A stretch of DNA of 61,604 nucleotides, filler included, from Choristocarpus tenellus KU-1152 (taxonomy: Eukaryota; Protista; Phaeophyceae), in NCBI GenBank assembly GCA_964200185.2. It is 10 parts of 10 records of this genome, joined end to end, with 100 filler letters (N's around TTAATTAATTAA, not from the genome) between each part and the next. Parts side by side here need not be neighbours in the genome. Positions count along the whole stretch, not along the records: positions 9,891 to 25,275 come from CAXNAD020001009.1; positions 25,376 to 31,557 come from CAXNAD020008736.1; 8 more parts are not named here. One strand, given 5' to 3'. Below, in pieces: positions 12,801 through 26,705 of the stretch (positions within the stretch are counted from its first letter, which is position 1; every line of letters starts with the position of its first letter). The notes beneath the pieces are model-generated. The model saw nothing but the letters and a program-made list of their open reading frames with translations, was not told the origin of the DNA and searched no databases. Both the position numbers and the translations under genes were made by a program.

Positions 12801-15800
12801 ACTCTTGTCTCATTTACACAATCCACATGCCTCTCCCAGGCAATCAATCAAATACAATCAAATACACAACACCTCACCAATAAAAAAAGGCAAATTAAAT
12901 ACATCAGTTACTCTTAGTCTATTCAATCCATTTTGCAAAGACAAAAAAGTGTTTAACCTGTTCTGAAACAGATCACTTTGAAATAATAAACACCTATAAC
13001 ATTAAACGTTCATAACACAACATCAACACTTTGAAAAACATTACACATAGCACATGACATACTGGAATGCCACAAGCATTTCACATTGTGCTTGTATGCT
13101 TTGATTTCCACTGTTACGGGTGTAACATAACGTAGTTGAGTGTTATGTTGTCAATGGTGTGAAAGACTATTAATAGTGCAGAGCGACAAAAAGGTGAACA
13201 TCTGACATTCGAGGATAAATCACCCCAAGAGAAACCCCCACCTGTTCAAAGGTATTCTCAGGGTTAAGGCTGACTATCTTCACACTGCCATTCCAATCCC
13301 CCACAGCCAAGTACGATGACCGTACTCTTCCCTCTGGCACTTCCCCCATCTCAAGACAAGCAATCTCCACCTGCCCCAATTCCTTGGTGCCAACCTCCTG
13401 TTGCACAATGCCATCAATATTCCACATTAAATACAACAAAGCAAGTACAGTGGTGGTTGTGTAAGAACCAAGGCTAGAACTAAGGCACAAAACTGCAGCA
13501 ATAGAAAAATGAAAGTCAATACTCCAGCACTAATGTAGTGGATTCCAAAAAAAAAAAGGTACTTTTACCATATTATAAAGTAGAATATTTAGTACAACAA
13601 TATATTTTCTCACATTACAAACACACCCCCTATTATTACTATTAATGGGTACTGGGTACTGCCCTATGGGTTGTGTGTGATCTTCATTAAGGACATAACT
13701 GGGACAAAAGCAAAAGACATTTACTGTTGTCTTGTAAACCCTATATAATATGTTACTGATAGTTCACTGATAGTTCATGATAAAATTTAATCAACAAAAG
13801 GGGTATGCCTCTGGTCTTAGGGTTAGGGTTCTTCGACACGTACTGATTGAGAAACCTTAAAAAACTACAATCCGTACTGCTTCATTCCTAGAACAAGTGT
13901 CAATATGTAAGTACCCCATAACATGGAAAACACACATTGGCAAGTCACCAAACAAATATACTCTGTACTACTACACAGCATCTATTTGTTGGAAGCTACT
14001 ACACTTGTCATGTTGATGGCTTCAGACCCAAGAGGAATCTGCACTGTGGGTGTATCAATATGTCAATATGCTGCACCCTACAAGTGTTGATTGAAGGATA
14101 CCCTGTATCTAAGTATAGTAGAGTAGGTGTATCCTCACATACTGTTAACATGTGTTATATTATGTTACTATTGCCATGTACCATACAATATATATGGAGA
14201 GTACATGTTATCTCATGGAACCTTCAATAGTATGGTGGTATGGTGGTATGGTCATGTGTCATGTGTAAGAAACATGTGGTCTACTGGTAAGGTGTGAGGT
14301 ATGAAAAAAAACGTTTGTGAATACAATGTACATTTTAGGCAGTGTCACAGACTGTGTTCGAAGTGGGTCCAAATCTACCACCCCCCTTATGGAACACTAG
14401 TTTGTGTGATGCAAAAAAAAAACGAAAAATACAACTGTACGTAGTTCATAGAGTGGGACAATGAAAACTCCACCTGCAGGTCCTGCATGGTATTGTCCAG
14501 CTCAAAAAAGATTATGGTTCCTCCTGCCAGAGCCAAGACCACTTGTCTTTCGTTGGCACAGGCATGCTCAATCTCTTTCTTACCCGGAGCTCGCCACTCT
14601 TGTGGAGCAAGTCCAGGAGATATGATTCGCAGTCCATGTGAGTAAACCTGGCATTGACAATGACATTGAAAGGGATAAGCAAACATAAAAATTACAGCAG
14701 AACTTTTAAGCAAAATAAATGAAGGTTAACATATAGATCGATAATGTCATAGATCCAAGAATTTTTCAATATAAAAATAATCAAAATTTGACCATCACAC
14801 CACCATGTCATCCATAACCTAAGCAAGCTGTGTCATCAAACCATCACCATCAAGCCACATTACACGGCATTGAACCTATAACAATATTAATAATATTATT
14901 AATATTATTTGTAGTACCCACCCCTTACCTGCAAAATCTTATTGTTTGCCAATAGCTTGACATCCAGAGTGCTTGACGTTGCAAGGAAGCCAGAGTTCTC
15001 AACTTCCTCAACACTCTCTTGAACCTGCCTCAATACAAAGATGACAAAGACGATACAAAGATGACAACACCATTCATGAAATAAGCAACACCACCGGGGA
15101 TTCATGATAATACCAACACAATACCATATTGTCTACGAAATATATAGGATACATCGACTCATCCCCACAGACAAGCCCATCAAAGCACAAGATATCCAAT
15201 AGTGTTTATAGCACACTCTGTGGATAGTATAGTAGGGTTAGGGTCAGATTTAGTATACCTGCAGTAGATAAGAGAGACATGAAGCTACTGTAACAAGTAC
15301 TATCAATATTACAAGTATGAATATAGTATGAATCAAGGAGTGAGATGATAATGTTATCCAATTACAAATTATAAAAATAATAATAATATTATAGTAAAGT
15401 TATTATCCTGATTGTGTACATGAGTACTGTATCACATTAAAAAAAACATCATGCCATGTGCAGAGAGGGGGTCTTGTCACCAGAGAGAACATCTATTGAT
15501 GGACATTGCAACAAATACATTTCATGACCAGCAAGGTCATCAACTGACTCACCTCAAGCACCATAGTGGCATTGGTGAAGCTGAGTACAATGTAGCGATC
15601 AAAGTCATCAGTGACACGCTGTTCAACAATAACAACAATAACAGTAACAATCATGGCAACAAGTGACATGTGTCAAACAGTGGTGAATGATCATTGCAAT
15701 AAAAGAATAAAACTATGGTTATTGTTATTCATAACATTACAATACATTTCATCACAGTCCTTGCTCATTTTGTTCTAATGCAGAAAGAGAGAGATCATGC

Positions 15801-17840
15801 TTGCAAAAGAAAAAAAGACTTGAAATGCAGTATCAAAATGCAATATCAAGAATAGAGAAAAAGATTGCACTACTATTATATAAATACTAATTTACAATAT
15901 GTAAAAGGTTCTAAACTAGAGTGGAGAAAGGACTTGTAACTAAATTGCCTTAGTTCAAATTACACACCACTATAATGGTGCCATCAACAACACATCACTA
16001 CCTACTAGTATCTCACTTTCTTATAGGATAGCTTTTTCCTTACACTTTATAAAGGAAGTCATCTGATGACCTCTTGTACACATGATTCGTGTGGTGTAAG
16101 AGGTGTGTAACACAGAGGTATCACAAGATATACAGAAAAAACCAACCTCTTTGAAAGCAAACACCGCACTGGGTACCCCAGGGAGCTCATTCTCAGCCAA
16201 TTCTGAAACAGGAAGTCCATGGCGAAGAATTCTGAGTAGAGAGATCAGTGATAGGTTTATGTTATATAGGTTAACCAATCTTTGTTGAAGCAACATCCAA
16301 GGGGACGGGATGGGGACACATGGACCTCATTGGACAGGCATGTTTGCAGATAGCCTCATGTGGTGCTAGTAACAAGTGACTTAATTGTCAATTAATTCCT
16401 TTTCCTCAACCTTAATCTTTATCATGTCAGTTACACACCTCATAGTAGACTGATTCCCACGACCACACAGTACATACATCTGAGGAGTATCTTCCCTTGC
16501 CAAGTCCCCCACAACCATGTCTGTCACTGGGGCGAGACTATCTATCTCATCCAGTGCCCACAGGTTCTTCAAAGGTCCTGGAGTAAACTTGGGGGCCACC
16601 TGGCACACAAAAAGATGAGGATTAGCAAGTCCAGTCCAGTCAAGTTCAGTCAAGTTCAGTCCAGTCCAGTCCAGTCAAATTCAGTCAAATTCAGTTTACA
16701 GCATCTTAGGATCAAACAGTCTTCAACCGCAAAGGAGTCACTTGCACCCACCAAAGGTTGAGAGATTCACTACAGTAGCCACCACTAAGTCACACAGCAA
16801 GTACAAATATAGAAACAGATGTGTTGACTTGAGAAAGGAATCGATTAGTTATATGGCCTCATCTCATGGCCCCATCTCCTTAACCTTTCCTCTCTCAGTT
16901 CCAGGGTGTGCAATTGTTTTAGGAGGGTCAACATACAGTTTGCTACTGAAAAAAAGTAACCTCGTGTCCTATTTTTTGTTCACTCACTGACAGAATATCC
17001 TGTAAATTATACTTACTAGTACACACTTAACAAACACATATATACAAAAAAAAGAAAAAGCTTAGACAAACCCACACATCATGCTGATTGATTCATTCAT
17101 TCATTGAGATACTTCCATTTGAAGCATGATGCAATGACACTTGAACACACATTGAAGGCGTTATCCTGGAGAAAGAAGCAACACAAAAACACACTATGAC
17201 CCTTGGTCAAAAACAAAATGATACTTAAGAAATTATACATATCTGACAATTGCAGGGATACAGAAATGCACCAAAAGCAGAGATTCTAAAATGTAAAGAA
17301 CTGCTCAGACAAAATTAAATAAAAATAAACAAAGTCCCAGAAAAACAACACATGCACATCTCAAGGGTCTAACAGTACAATGCATAATGCATAATGGTAA
17401 TGGAATGACATACACTCCAGGGTAGTATGTATGTACTTGGGAGGACAGTGGTTAGTATTGACTGGATCAACTTTCATCACACCCATCAAAAAAGGTCCAC
17501 CCACTTCACACAAAATACACCACAAACAGCACCACACAATATCAGTCTTGAAACATCAACAAAAATATATTACTACACAAACCAGACAGTTGTCCTCTTA
17601 ATCAATGAATCAATTTGTCAGTTTGTATGTCAGTTTGTACTCTGCAAACGGCACATACCTGTACTGCAGATTCACTGTCATCCCCCAGTTCTGGATCAGC
17701 ACATTGTGTGGCCACAACCGCATCCTTTCCTCCTCCCATCTTTAACAAGACACACACAATCATCATCATCATCGTCATCATCATCATCCACATGGATAAT
17801 GTTAACAGTTGAACCAGACTACACTATACAATAATAGTAC

Positions 17841-17871
<31 letters not shown>

Positions 17872-20800
17872 TGCCAGATTAAATCTCATTCACATGATTA
17901 CAACTTACAAAGACAGGGCTTAGGTCCACAGACCCAAAAAAACAAAAATAGAAATAAAATGAAATAAAGATAAGTAATAATCACATGGATAGCTCAATTT
18001 TAAATTGATATAAAGATATCCAAATCAGCCCTGCAATTTGTGACCCTTCGTATTTAAAATTCCAATAATTCAGGTATACATGAGCACTTTGAACAGTCAC
18101 TAAACACACCAATTTTGCAAGAGTACTACCCCCAGCCCCAATTCACATCTTTCATATTATTGACAATGGTGAGTATTTCCATGGCCCAGCTTAACCTGAA
18201 GGATGAGGCATCGTTCCCACACATAATATTTTATGTAACACCATCTTGCAAAAAATCTCAAACATGCTCTAATAAACCTTTGTATCTCCAACTAATAAAA
18301 ATATTGTAGTTATATCCTCAGAAAAATCTCTACAATCAGGATCACACCTTGGACAACGTAACACTTTCTGAACACTATGTTAACACTTTGTATTACAATA
18401 TGGTTTCACACAATGTTATACATGTCTTGGACGGGAGTGTTAGGAGTAATATACAGTGTTGCATATGTTTTGGACTGGAGTGTTACTGGCACATATAGTG
18501 TATAGTGTTAAGTATATCTTTGTCTTCAGTGATATGGGTGTAACATGATGTTGAGTGTTAGGTTGTACAAGGTGTGTAAGAAATACAGGGGCTATTCTAC
18601 TAGAAATAGAGATAGAGATAAATCACATAACTCAAGAGGTACCACAGTGAACACTGCCATGAACATCATGATACACCATGTGAATTTTCGGCATCAGCAT
18701 CACATAGAACCAATCACATGAATGTATGACAAGGTGCTGCATGGTGGAAGTATTGCCCACCTGGAGGAAGTGGAAAAGAAGGTGGTTGCTGAATTCATTT
18801 GCACAGAACAGCCGCCCCTTCTTTGTGACTTGAAGGCTATTTGCCACAGGGATGGTATCAAAAACCTGTTTGGGACAGAAGAAGCAAATCAGGATCATAC
18901 AACTATCAAGACCATACAACTGAGCATACCAAGGCTTGCTCTACAGAAACAATGTTTGGATACATGTGGCATAATACAAGTACTGTAGATGTAGCATCTT
19001 GTAGTTGTTGGAGGTACTGGAAGAAATACAAGGATTGCTTGAAGTTTGCGAAAAAAAAAAACTGTACAAGACAACACATCAACAATACCCAACAAACACT
19101 TGCAAACTTCCAGTATGGATACACCAGATTGTGGTGTATTGGTTGTGTCCTGTCTTAGAATCTCAATATTGGTAGTTGAGACTACAATACTGTGAGTTGT
19201 GACCATCAAGACCTTGACAGTGAGTAATGAGAGAGAGCTTACCTCAACATGAATGTCGGTCACCTCTGTTTGCTCAGCGTTGACCACAAGAGAGACCTGG
19301 CATCAAATACACAGTGATGGGGCAATACTAATTTGAGATAAATTTGACATCATCTTCTCAACAAAAGGAAGATAGGTCAAATGCAAAGGAATACAGGTTA
19401 AACCACAACAACAAGAACAGCAGTGTGTCCTCACTTGATCTTGATCTTGATTACACACCAAACGTACCAGTTACAAACAGACCTCAATTAGATCAACTCA
19501 TCATTCTAAATAGAAGCATTTTTCACAGACTGGCCACCGACTAATCCAGAACTTTCTGTTTTACTGTCATCTGGAAATAACCAGGTTGGCAAAGCAGTAT
19601 GACGTTACAACATTTACCATGCACGGTACAAGCAAATGTATTTAAATGTATTTAAATGTGTATATACCATCATTTCCTTTCTAATTATAGTATAACCAGT
19701 AATACCATACCACATACTAAACCGAAAACTTGGTTATAATATGTAACACTGGGTGAGGTATCCCACCTCCCAAGATGGGCAGAAGGCTGAGAAGAGAACT
19801 GTCTATTTCTATCTCTACAATCAACCCACTCATGTGGTAACAAGGCAACAGCCTCAAACTTGCCTGAAACAAAATCCCTACATGATTGTACACAAACACT
19901 AAATAATAATAATAATGATGATGATGATGATGATGATGACGCAATGTCAAGACTTGCCATCTACTGCTATTGGAAAGTGAGTAACCTCTTGTTCCTCATG
20001 CTTCAAAAGTCAAAGATTATGCATTTGCATACAAATCTACACCTACTTGTCTACCACTATATCTCTCGCAGAGCGCAAAAATACTATTCAATTACTATCA
20101 TACCATAATCATACCATAAATGACCTAAGGGACTGTACCCTTCCAACTCCGCTTGTAATTCATTCAATGTCCCTCCAGTCAAAGAGACATGCAATATACA
20201 TAAAAGTAGAGAGTGATAGTAGAAGTTAAACACCGTAAATAATATATATAAAATATATATATATATAATAATATATATAATATATAATATATATATGCGT
20301 TCCCACTGACCAATCATCCTGTGCAACCAACACCTCTGTTTACTTAAGGCCATTAATGAAAAAAATAACAGAGTTGGAGAAATCCAAGACACAGGGTGTG
20401 TACATCTCTTCCTCACAGACATGTTTGAATTGATGGAGTATTTTCTTCACCATCCATGGCAAAATAATATTAATTTTAGTACTGTTAACTATTGATAGCA
20501 TCACATTAAATCAAGAGGATTCACCTGGGCATTGCAGCCTCTACAAGAGTTTTTGTGAGAGTTTATCAAAAGATCCCTCATTATGTCCTACCCTGTACAG
20601 CAGGCTTGTAAGTGCTCAAATATGCTCCGAAGAAAGATACCCTAACCCTATGCTATTGTAACCTCTGGTTCGAGTTCTGACACTTCTCTTAGGGTTAAGG
20701 TTAGGGTTAGCACAACCATCATCGAACTACTCTTCCTGTGCTCTCTATCACTGACAACACTCACACGTCCATGTTTGAGACAAAAAAACAAAAGGGTGGT

Positions 20801-23800
20801 CATCAAGGTGGTCATCAACATGTACATGGAACAATGCAGGCAATAACCAAAAGGCATGGAGTATTATAGCCTAGTCAAAATTCTAATTATTCGGCACGTT
20901 AAAAGATGTGTCTTCTGGACCACATACCAAAACTATTACAATAATATGCCAATCACCAATCAAGTACTGGCATAGTGAAAAGGCTCATAAATGTCAAAAC
21001 CAAATTCCAGAAAACAAAAATATTTTTCAAGTTCTGTCAATACATTTAGGATAAACAAAGAATAGCAAGGACACAAGTGTGTAACTACTACAGCAAACCG
21101 TAACTAAATGAAACTACGACATTATGATAAATAAAAACTAAAAACCATTATAAAACACAACAAACTTAGTGAGTATAGTTACCACAATGGTAAGCTTAAA
21201 CAAAAATGTTCCAATAAATGAGATTAACCAATTAACCAACACAAAAAGTGAGCATTTTCCAGTATGTTAACTGTTTCCTGGGCTCCAATATCTCAATTGC
21301 ACCAACTCCTGATACAGGCTGGAACAAGGGTCTGCTACTTACTTATACACCAACTCTCAAAGGTTCTTACTGACAACCAATTCATAGATAACAGATCACT
21401 GGCATTTCACAACAGTTTCAATACAGAGTTGATTGGATGCCCTGAACAATAAAACCCAATTGAGACCATGGCAGCCTTCAACAGGCAAAGAATTATTTTT
21501 GAATAACTTTATGCAAAACTTTGGACAACCCTCAACCTAACATCTATCGGATACAACATCTTAATAAATTTTCACAAATTTGATCAATAATATTATAACT
21601 TAAGTGAGTTCCATACTCATTTGTCTTGTTTCTTTTACAAAAACTGTTCAGTCCATTACAAGCTCCATCGTCCTCAGCAATACTCTACCCTAACCCTTCT
21701 GTTCTTATGTGAGTCACATACACACCAAAAAATGTCAATGCTGACACATCAGTCATGGTCAATTATCCCCCCGCTTTGAGTAATGGCATCATGACCTGCA
21801 TAAGCAATAAGGCATCTCCCCCAGGGTGTTATCAAGAACACATCAAGAACAGCAGTCTCCCATCACAGAAAAACCACGACTCAAGATTTACCATTATATT
21901 GAGGAACTAGATTTTCTACAGGCACCTTATAAACACTATTTTCTCACCAACCTGCTAACAAAACTGTTGATGTATGGTTCAGAATCAACCCTATTATACC
22001 TTAAAAGTATAAAACAACCCCTAATATATTTCTGTTATTCTACTCCGCATAAACAGATAATATCTTCCAGACTAAACTAGACTATTACAAGTTGTCATCA
22101 GTACACACCATGGTTCCCACAATTTCCACACTTTCATCTTCAGGGCAACAGGTACCTTCCTACTCTTGCCACACCTACTTTACCAGTTATACCCCAGCAC
22201 AACAACAGCAATAAGTACCTTCGTTGTCTCACCATCCAACACTTTCACCTTAATTAACACAAATCCTAAATCTAACCCTAACTCAGCAGACCAAGGATGC
22301 ATCTAAATGATTAATTCATATACGCATACGTATATATTACGAAGTGGCAAAGTTCAGCAATTACGCATCCTGTGCCCCAAGACCACTCACCTTGTACAAG
22401 TCTCCCATCTCAGACTGAATGATATGGAAGAACAGCCCTGGCTGCTGGTGCAGGGTACCTGATGTTATTAGCAGCCCACGCCCTGGAGGCATGTCATGGC
22501 GTCGTGGAAGAGGTGCCCGTACCTCAGGATGGTCCTGGTGCTTGTATGCCACCCAATTCTCCCCACAAACCAGCACTCCAGATGGTCCCGCCTCCCCCCC
22601 TGGCACAGGCAGCAGCATATTGGCCCCTCTGCCAACAAGGCCACAAGAAAAACATCATTACTACAAGCAAGGGGTTGACTGGTGAGTTCACATTTCACTC
22701 AACTCTTCATTACACGTAAGACTTCACTGGACTAACCAGTTCAAGTATCCTTGACATATGGTTGATGAATATCTGACCCAAATGTGTTAGTTTTACCTGC
22801 TAATGGGGTCACTCCACAACCTTGTCACGTGATTGAGACCGAGATCCAACTGATAGTACACAAGCTGTTTCTCTGTGTTGGAAGCCTCTTCTCCTGTAGG
22901 GTCAAGATCTGCTTCTGAATAGTCCAGCTCTATCACCTGTGTTTGCAAATACATTCAGTATAAAACAAGCTTGCATGCAAGATAGAAGCAAAAAATCATG
23001 TGTAATACAATGATAAACACTCTTGAAGGCAGGCAGGGTGCACACCAGTCAATTGTAAACTCACAGCAAAAATAGGGTTCTCAAAGCCAACATCAACTCC
23101 ACAAGTGTGGAAGATGATAGCCTGAGTCTTGTGAGCCTCCAGAGGGGAAGAAATAGCAAGGCGGGAAGCTGTGTCTCTGTTCAACACATACACCTGTATG
23201 GGTTGCATCATGGACAAATGTTGACGCAGTTCCAGCAAGCAAGAGCACAGATGTCAAGGTCAGACCACAAGATATACATATCAATACACAAGCAGTACGT
23301 GTGTCCCTACCAGCATAGGACCCGATGAGATCGGGGGGAGCAATGCAACCAAAAATATCCAATGACCCATCACAGTACATATCCGGGCGAAACTTCCCAA
23401 GGATCCTGACAAAGTGCCAAGCAAATAAGGCACTCACCAGCTTCTGCTTCTCAACAGCACTAATCATGATAGCCCTTCCCTGTGGATCAGCTGCCAGATA
23501 CTGCCCAGGAACAATGCGACGACAGCCCGTCTTGCCAAATGTCTCCACATGAACCACATTGAGCTGATTGTTTCCAAAGCGTTCAGAGCCACGAGGGTCC
23601 CAATCAAGGGAAACAGAGGTAGTCGACAAGAAAGGTATTAATGAGGTCAATCAAGAGACTGTGGTATCGCCCATATCGGTTTTTTGAAGTATCAACTATA
23701 TAACGTGAAGAAGAAGCGAAGTCAAACTTGCATTGAACAATGTGTGTGTTGTGCCTTAATGTGGATGACTTCAAGACCGTGACCAAACAACAAGGAGTCC

Positions 23801-24574
23801 AATCTTCTCCCGATTCCCACCTTGTTGGTATCAGGAAGATACTCAAGGATCGTGACTTTTCCAGAGTCTGACCCCACCACACAGTAGTCTTTAAGTGTAG
23901 ATGTGAGGCGGAAGGCAATGAGACTGCGTACTACGCAGAAAGCAGGCTGCTGAATCACAGACACCTGTGAACAAAACGACGAAGGGCAATTCAGATGAAT
24001 GAGAACATCTTGTGTTCAAGTGAGCAGCAATGACAGAGATACCAGGCAATTCCAGCATCCCCGACAACATCGTAAGGAATCCCGTACCAATTTATCCCCC
24101 TCGCTATCGATTCGAAGCAGCTCTAGCACAGTTCCTCGTGCGACCATTATCTCCTCCGCCTTCTTGGTGCCGCTGAAGTTGCCTGGTTGCAATCCAAACA
24201 AGCACGCATTAGCATCAGAGCTGAGAAATTGAAGTCTTTCTGGATGTTGGTGATGAATAACCCAAAAAGACACAGAAGACCGGCAAGCAAGTAATGACCA
24301 AAATGAGGAAAGAGGACCTCAGTCAGCAAGGATACTCTCCTTGTCGGATACCAACTTCCTGGCTTTACGACCCTATGATCCGTCTCATGCTCGATATCAT
24401 AGAAAAAATCAATACAATGATTTCTACGACGTTGCAATATATTGTGGAGCATTCAACTCTAACCCTCGACAAATAGGGCACAACTTTCCCACTCCACTGG
24501 CCTCATCCGCACACACCATATGCGGAGGCATTGATCGCACCCCCACGCTGGAGATTAAGGCTCAGGACGTGCAT
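9891..24574 (-). CDS. SF3B3: Splicing factor 3B subunit 3 (SAP130/Rse1), 5' part, 21 exons, truncated at contig end
   Basis: Phase-consistent GT-AG exons: 24517-24574 ([20 protein letters not shown]), 24088-24182 ([16 protein letters not shown]), 23821-23964 (VVGSDSGK), 23438-23563 ([25 protein letters not shown]), 23065-23193 ([18 protein letters not shown]), 22797-22936 (LDLGLNHV), 22391-22628 ([17 protein letters not shown]), 19243-19296, 18761-18865, 17659-17739, 16439-16599, 16147-16231 (LRHGL), 15553-15618, 14929-15024, 14474-14647, 13242-13397, 12361-12492, 11907-12011 ([10 protein letters not shown]), 11304-11515 (PLSYEPL..CPEGVVA), 10632-10728 (YTPR), 9891-10079. Confidence 0.96.
11757..11860. 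repeat. Intronic (RTCAAT)n hexamer microsatellite
   Basis: Tandem GTCAAT/ATCAAT units. They explain the LTLTLT and NVNVNV ORFs. Confidence 0.9.
12990..13161. mobile_element. Degenerate copy of MITE family B, intronic
   Basis: Its 3' end GGGTGTAACATAACGTAGTTGAGTGTTATGTTGTCAATGGTGTG matches the 3' end of 18343-18576. Confidence 0.45.
18343..18576. mobile_element. MITE family B with 23-bp TIRs, in an SF3B3 intron
   Basis: CACACCTTGGACAACGTAACACT ... AGTGTTAGGTTGTACAAGGTGTG (21/23 inverted match). No clear TSD. Confidence 0.65.
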
Positions 24575-24899
24575 TTCCTCAAACTGAGCCTCCGATGGAG
24601 GCAGCACTTCACACCCTCGCTTACTCGGAGAGAAGGGAGGTTATGCAAATCAGGTGACCTCTCTCGCCCATCCCAGGGCAATGAAGATGGTGGCTGAGAG
24701 AAAAAGACAAAAAACGTAGCAGTAAATATTTTTTTTTGCGAAATTAAGAGATCTTATGATATTTGATTTTTAAACTCAAAGAATACCAATAATGGATGTA
24801 GTGGATCACAAGGATTGAACAGTGAGTGTGATCATGGACCCACATACATACCCAGGGCTGAAGGACAAGTACGGTAGAATTCGCCTATGATCAGGTAAC

Positions 24900-25246
24900 T
24901 TGGCAGCACCTGCAGGCAGATGGGTACCCCTTGCACCCATGAGGATGGAAGCCCTTTCACCATTAACCACAATTTCCATATGGGGACACTCTTTAATGGA
25001 GACACTGCTCCTTACCAGGAAGAAGGTTTACTTCTGGATGTGTCCTTCGCTGAGGTTCAAGCAGACTGCCACCCTCAACAACCATCAGCCAACAACAGCG
25101 TCACAGGTGCTGATGCAGGTGAGGCCGAAAGTGCAACTAAGAAGATACCCTTCAACTGTTGTAGTTTTCCCCTCACTGCGTTGGACGCTTTGATCCTTTA
25201 TGGTCCGATGAACACCTTCACAATGGAAAACTTCAGACACCTAGGA
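24900..25246 (+). pseudogene. Remnant of an unidentified repeated coding element (copy 1)
   Basis: PCTHEDGSPFTINHNF..SFAEVQAD aligns with ACTLEDGSPFNIN*NF..FFAEVQAD at about 34120-34290. It is cut by a TIR at 25247. Confidence 0.55.
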
Positions 25247-25275
25247 GACCCAAAGTATCTGGGGGGGGGGGGGTC
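25247..25275 (+). mobile_element. Poly-G TIR (GRG family) at contig end
   Basis: GACCCAAAGTATCT-G13. Confidence 0.65.
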
Positions 25276-25375
25276 NNNNNNNNNNNNNNNNNNNNNNNNN
25301 NNNNNNNNNNNNNNNNNNNTTAATTAATTAANNNNNNNNNNNNNNNNNNNNNNNNNNNNNNNNNNNNNNNNNNNN

Positions 25376-25412
25376 CACCCCCTCTCCCCCTCCCCCCTGG
25401 ATACTTTGACCC
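25376..25412 (-). mobile_element. Poly-G TIR (GRG family) at contig start
   Basis: CCCCCCTGGATACTTTGACCC is the reverse complement of GGGTCAAAGTATCCAGGGGGG. Confidence 0.7.
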
Positions 25413-26177
25413 GCCTGTGACTGGTTTTGTCTTCATTCGAAGGCGTTTGGCGGTATACTTAACTCTTGAAAGAGTGCTCCTTCACTGTATATATTCGTAT
25501 ATATCCCTGCAAGGGTACCGTCAACAGTGGTACTACATGTTAGGCGAATCGAGCCCCAAGATGGTTTCCCCTTTTCCAGTGATCTGTAAATGTCGTTGTT
25601 ACCTAGGCAGGTACTGAGCGAGCAGGGGAGGTCTTACCTAGATGGGATGGTCTGCCCTCCCTCTTCCTATCGAATTAACTAATACAATGTTGGGTTCATC
25701 CTCTTTTTATTATGCATAATCTTCCTATATCCCTCTGCTGATACACAAATACTAGTACTTATCGTGGTATCGTAATTATCCCGATTCGATCACTTTTTTT
25801 TGTCGAAATATTATACCTCGATATTCAAAATAGTATTGTAGCATTGATCTTGACAATAGTATGATGCATGACGGCAACACTTCTCATACTGTTTATACAG
25901 GGGTAGATAAATGAATGGATGGATGGATGGATGGGTAGGTGGGTGGTTGGAATGACACCATCCAGATCCTGGATACTCGGATCACATTTTTTTATTTTTT
26001 ACTGAAACAAGATCCAACAAATTATTGTGGTAGCCACAACTTTTACCAACAGTAGTTGTATCAGCAGAAAACACTTTTTCCTTTTATCAGCAAGTTTTTT
26101 TTTACTTCTGGAAGCGTCCACTTCTGTCTAAATCCTCTGCAACTGTTTTTTTCTTTTCTAGTTTTCTTTTTTTTTAG

Positions 26178-26705
26178 ATTCATTTTGAAGTATAGAGTGG
26201 TGACTAATGTTTTCATTTTGAAGTATAGAGTGGTGACTAAGTTTTCATTTTGAAGTATAGAGTGGTGACTAACGGTTTCATTTTGAAGTATAGAGTGGTG
26301 ACTAACGGTTTCATTTTGAAGTATAGAGTGGTGACTAACGGTTTCATTTTGAAGAATAGAGTGGTGACTAAAGGTTTCATTTTGAAGTATAGAGTGGTGA
26401 CTAACGGTTTCATTTTGAAGTATAGAGCGGTGATTCACGGTTTCATTTTGAAGTATAGAGTGGTGACTAAAGGTTTCATTTTGAAGTATAGAGTGGTGAC
26501 TAACGGTTTCATTTTGAAGAATAGAGTGGTGACTAAAGGTTTCATTTTGAAGTATAGAGTGGTGACTAACGGTTTCATTTTGAAGAATAGAGTGGTGACT
26601 AAAGGTTTCATTTTGAAGTATAGAGCGGTGATTCACGGTTTCATTTTGAAGCATAGAGTGGTGACTAAAGGTTTCATTTTGAAGTATAGAGTGGTGACTA
26701 ACGGT
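26178..26705. repeat. 33-bp minisatellite, about 16 copies
   Basis: Unit GGTTTCATTTTGAAGTATAGAGTGGTGACTAAC repeated head to tail with no spacers. Recurring variant units are present. Confidence 0.95.

Noticed and set aside
26178-26705. CRISPR array, or 197/211-aa repeat proteins
   Set aside because: The units are head to tail with no unique spacers, there are no cas genes and the context is eukaryotic. The ORFs follow from a stop-free 33-bp unit.
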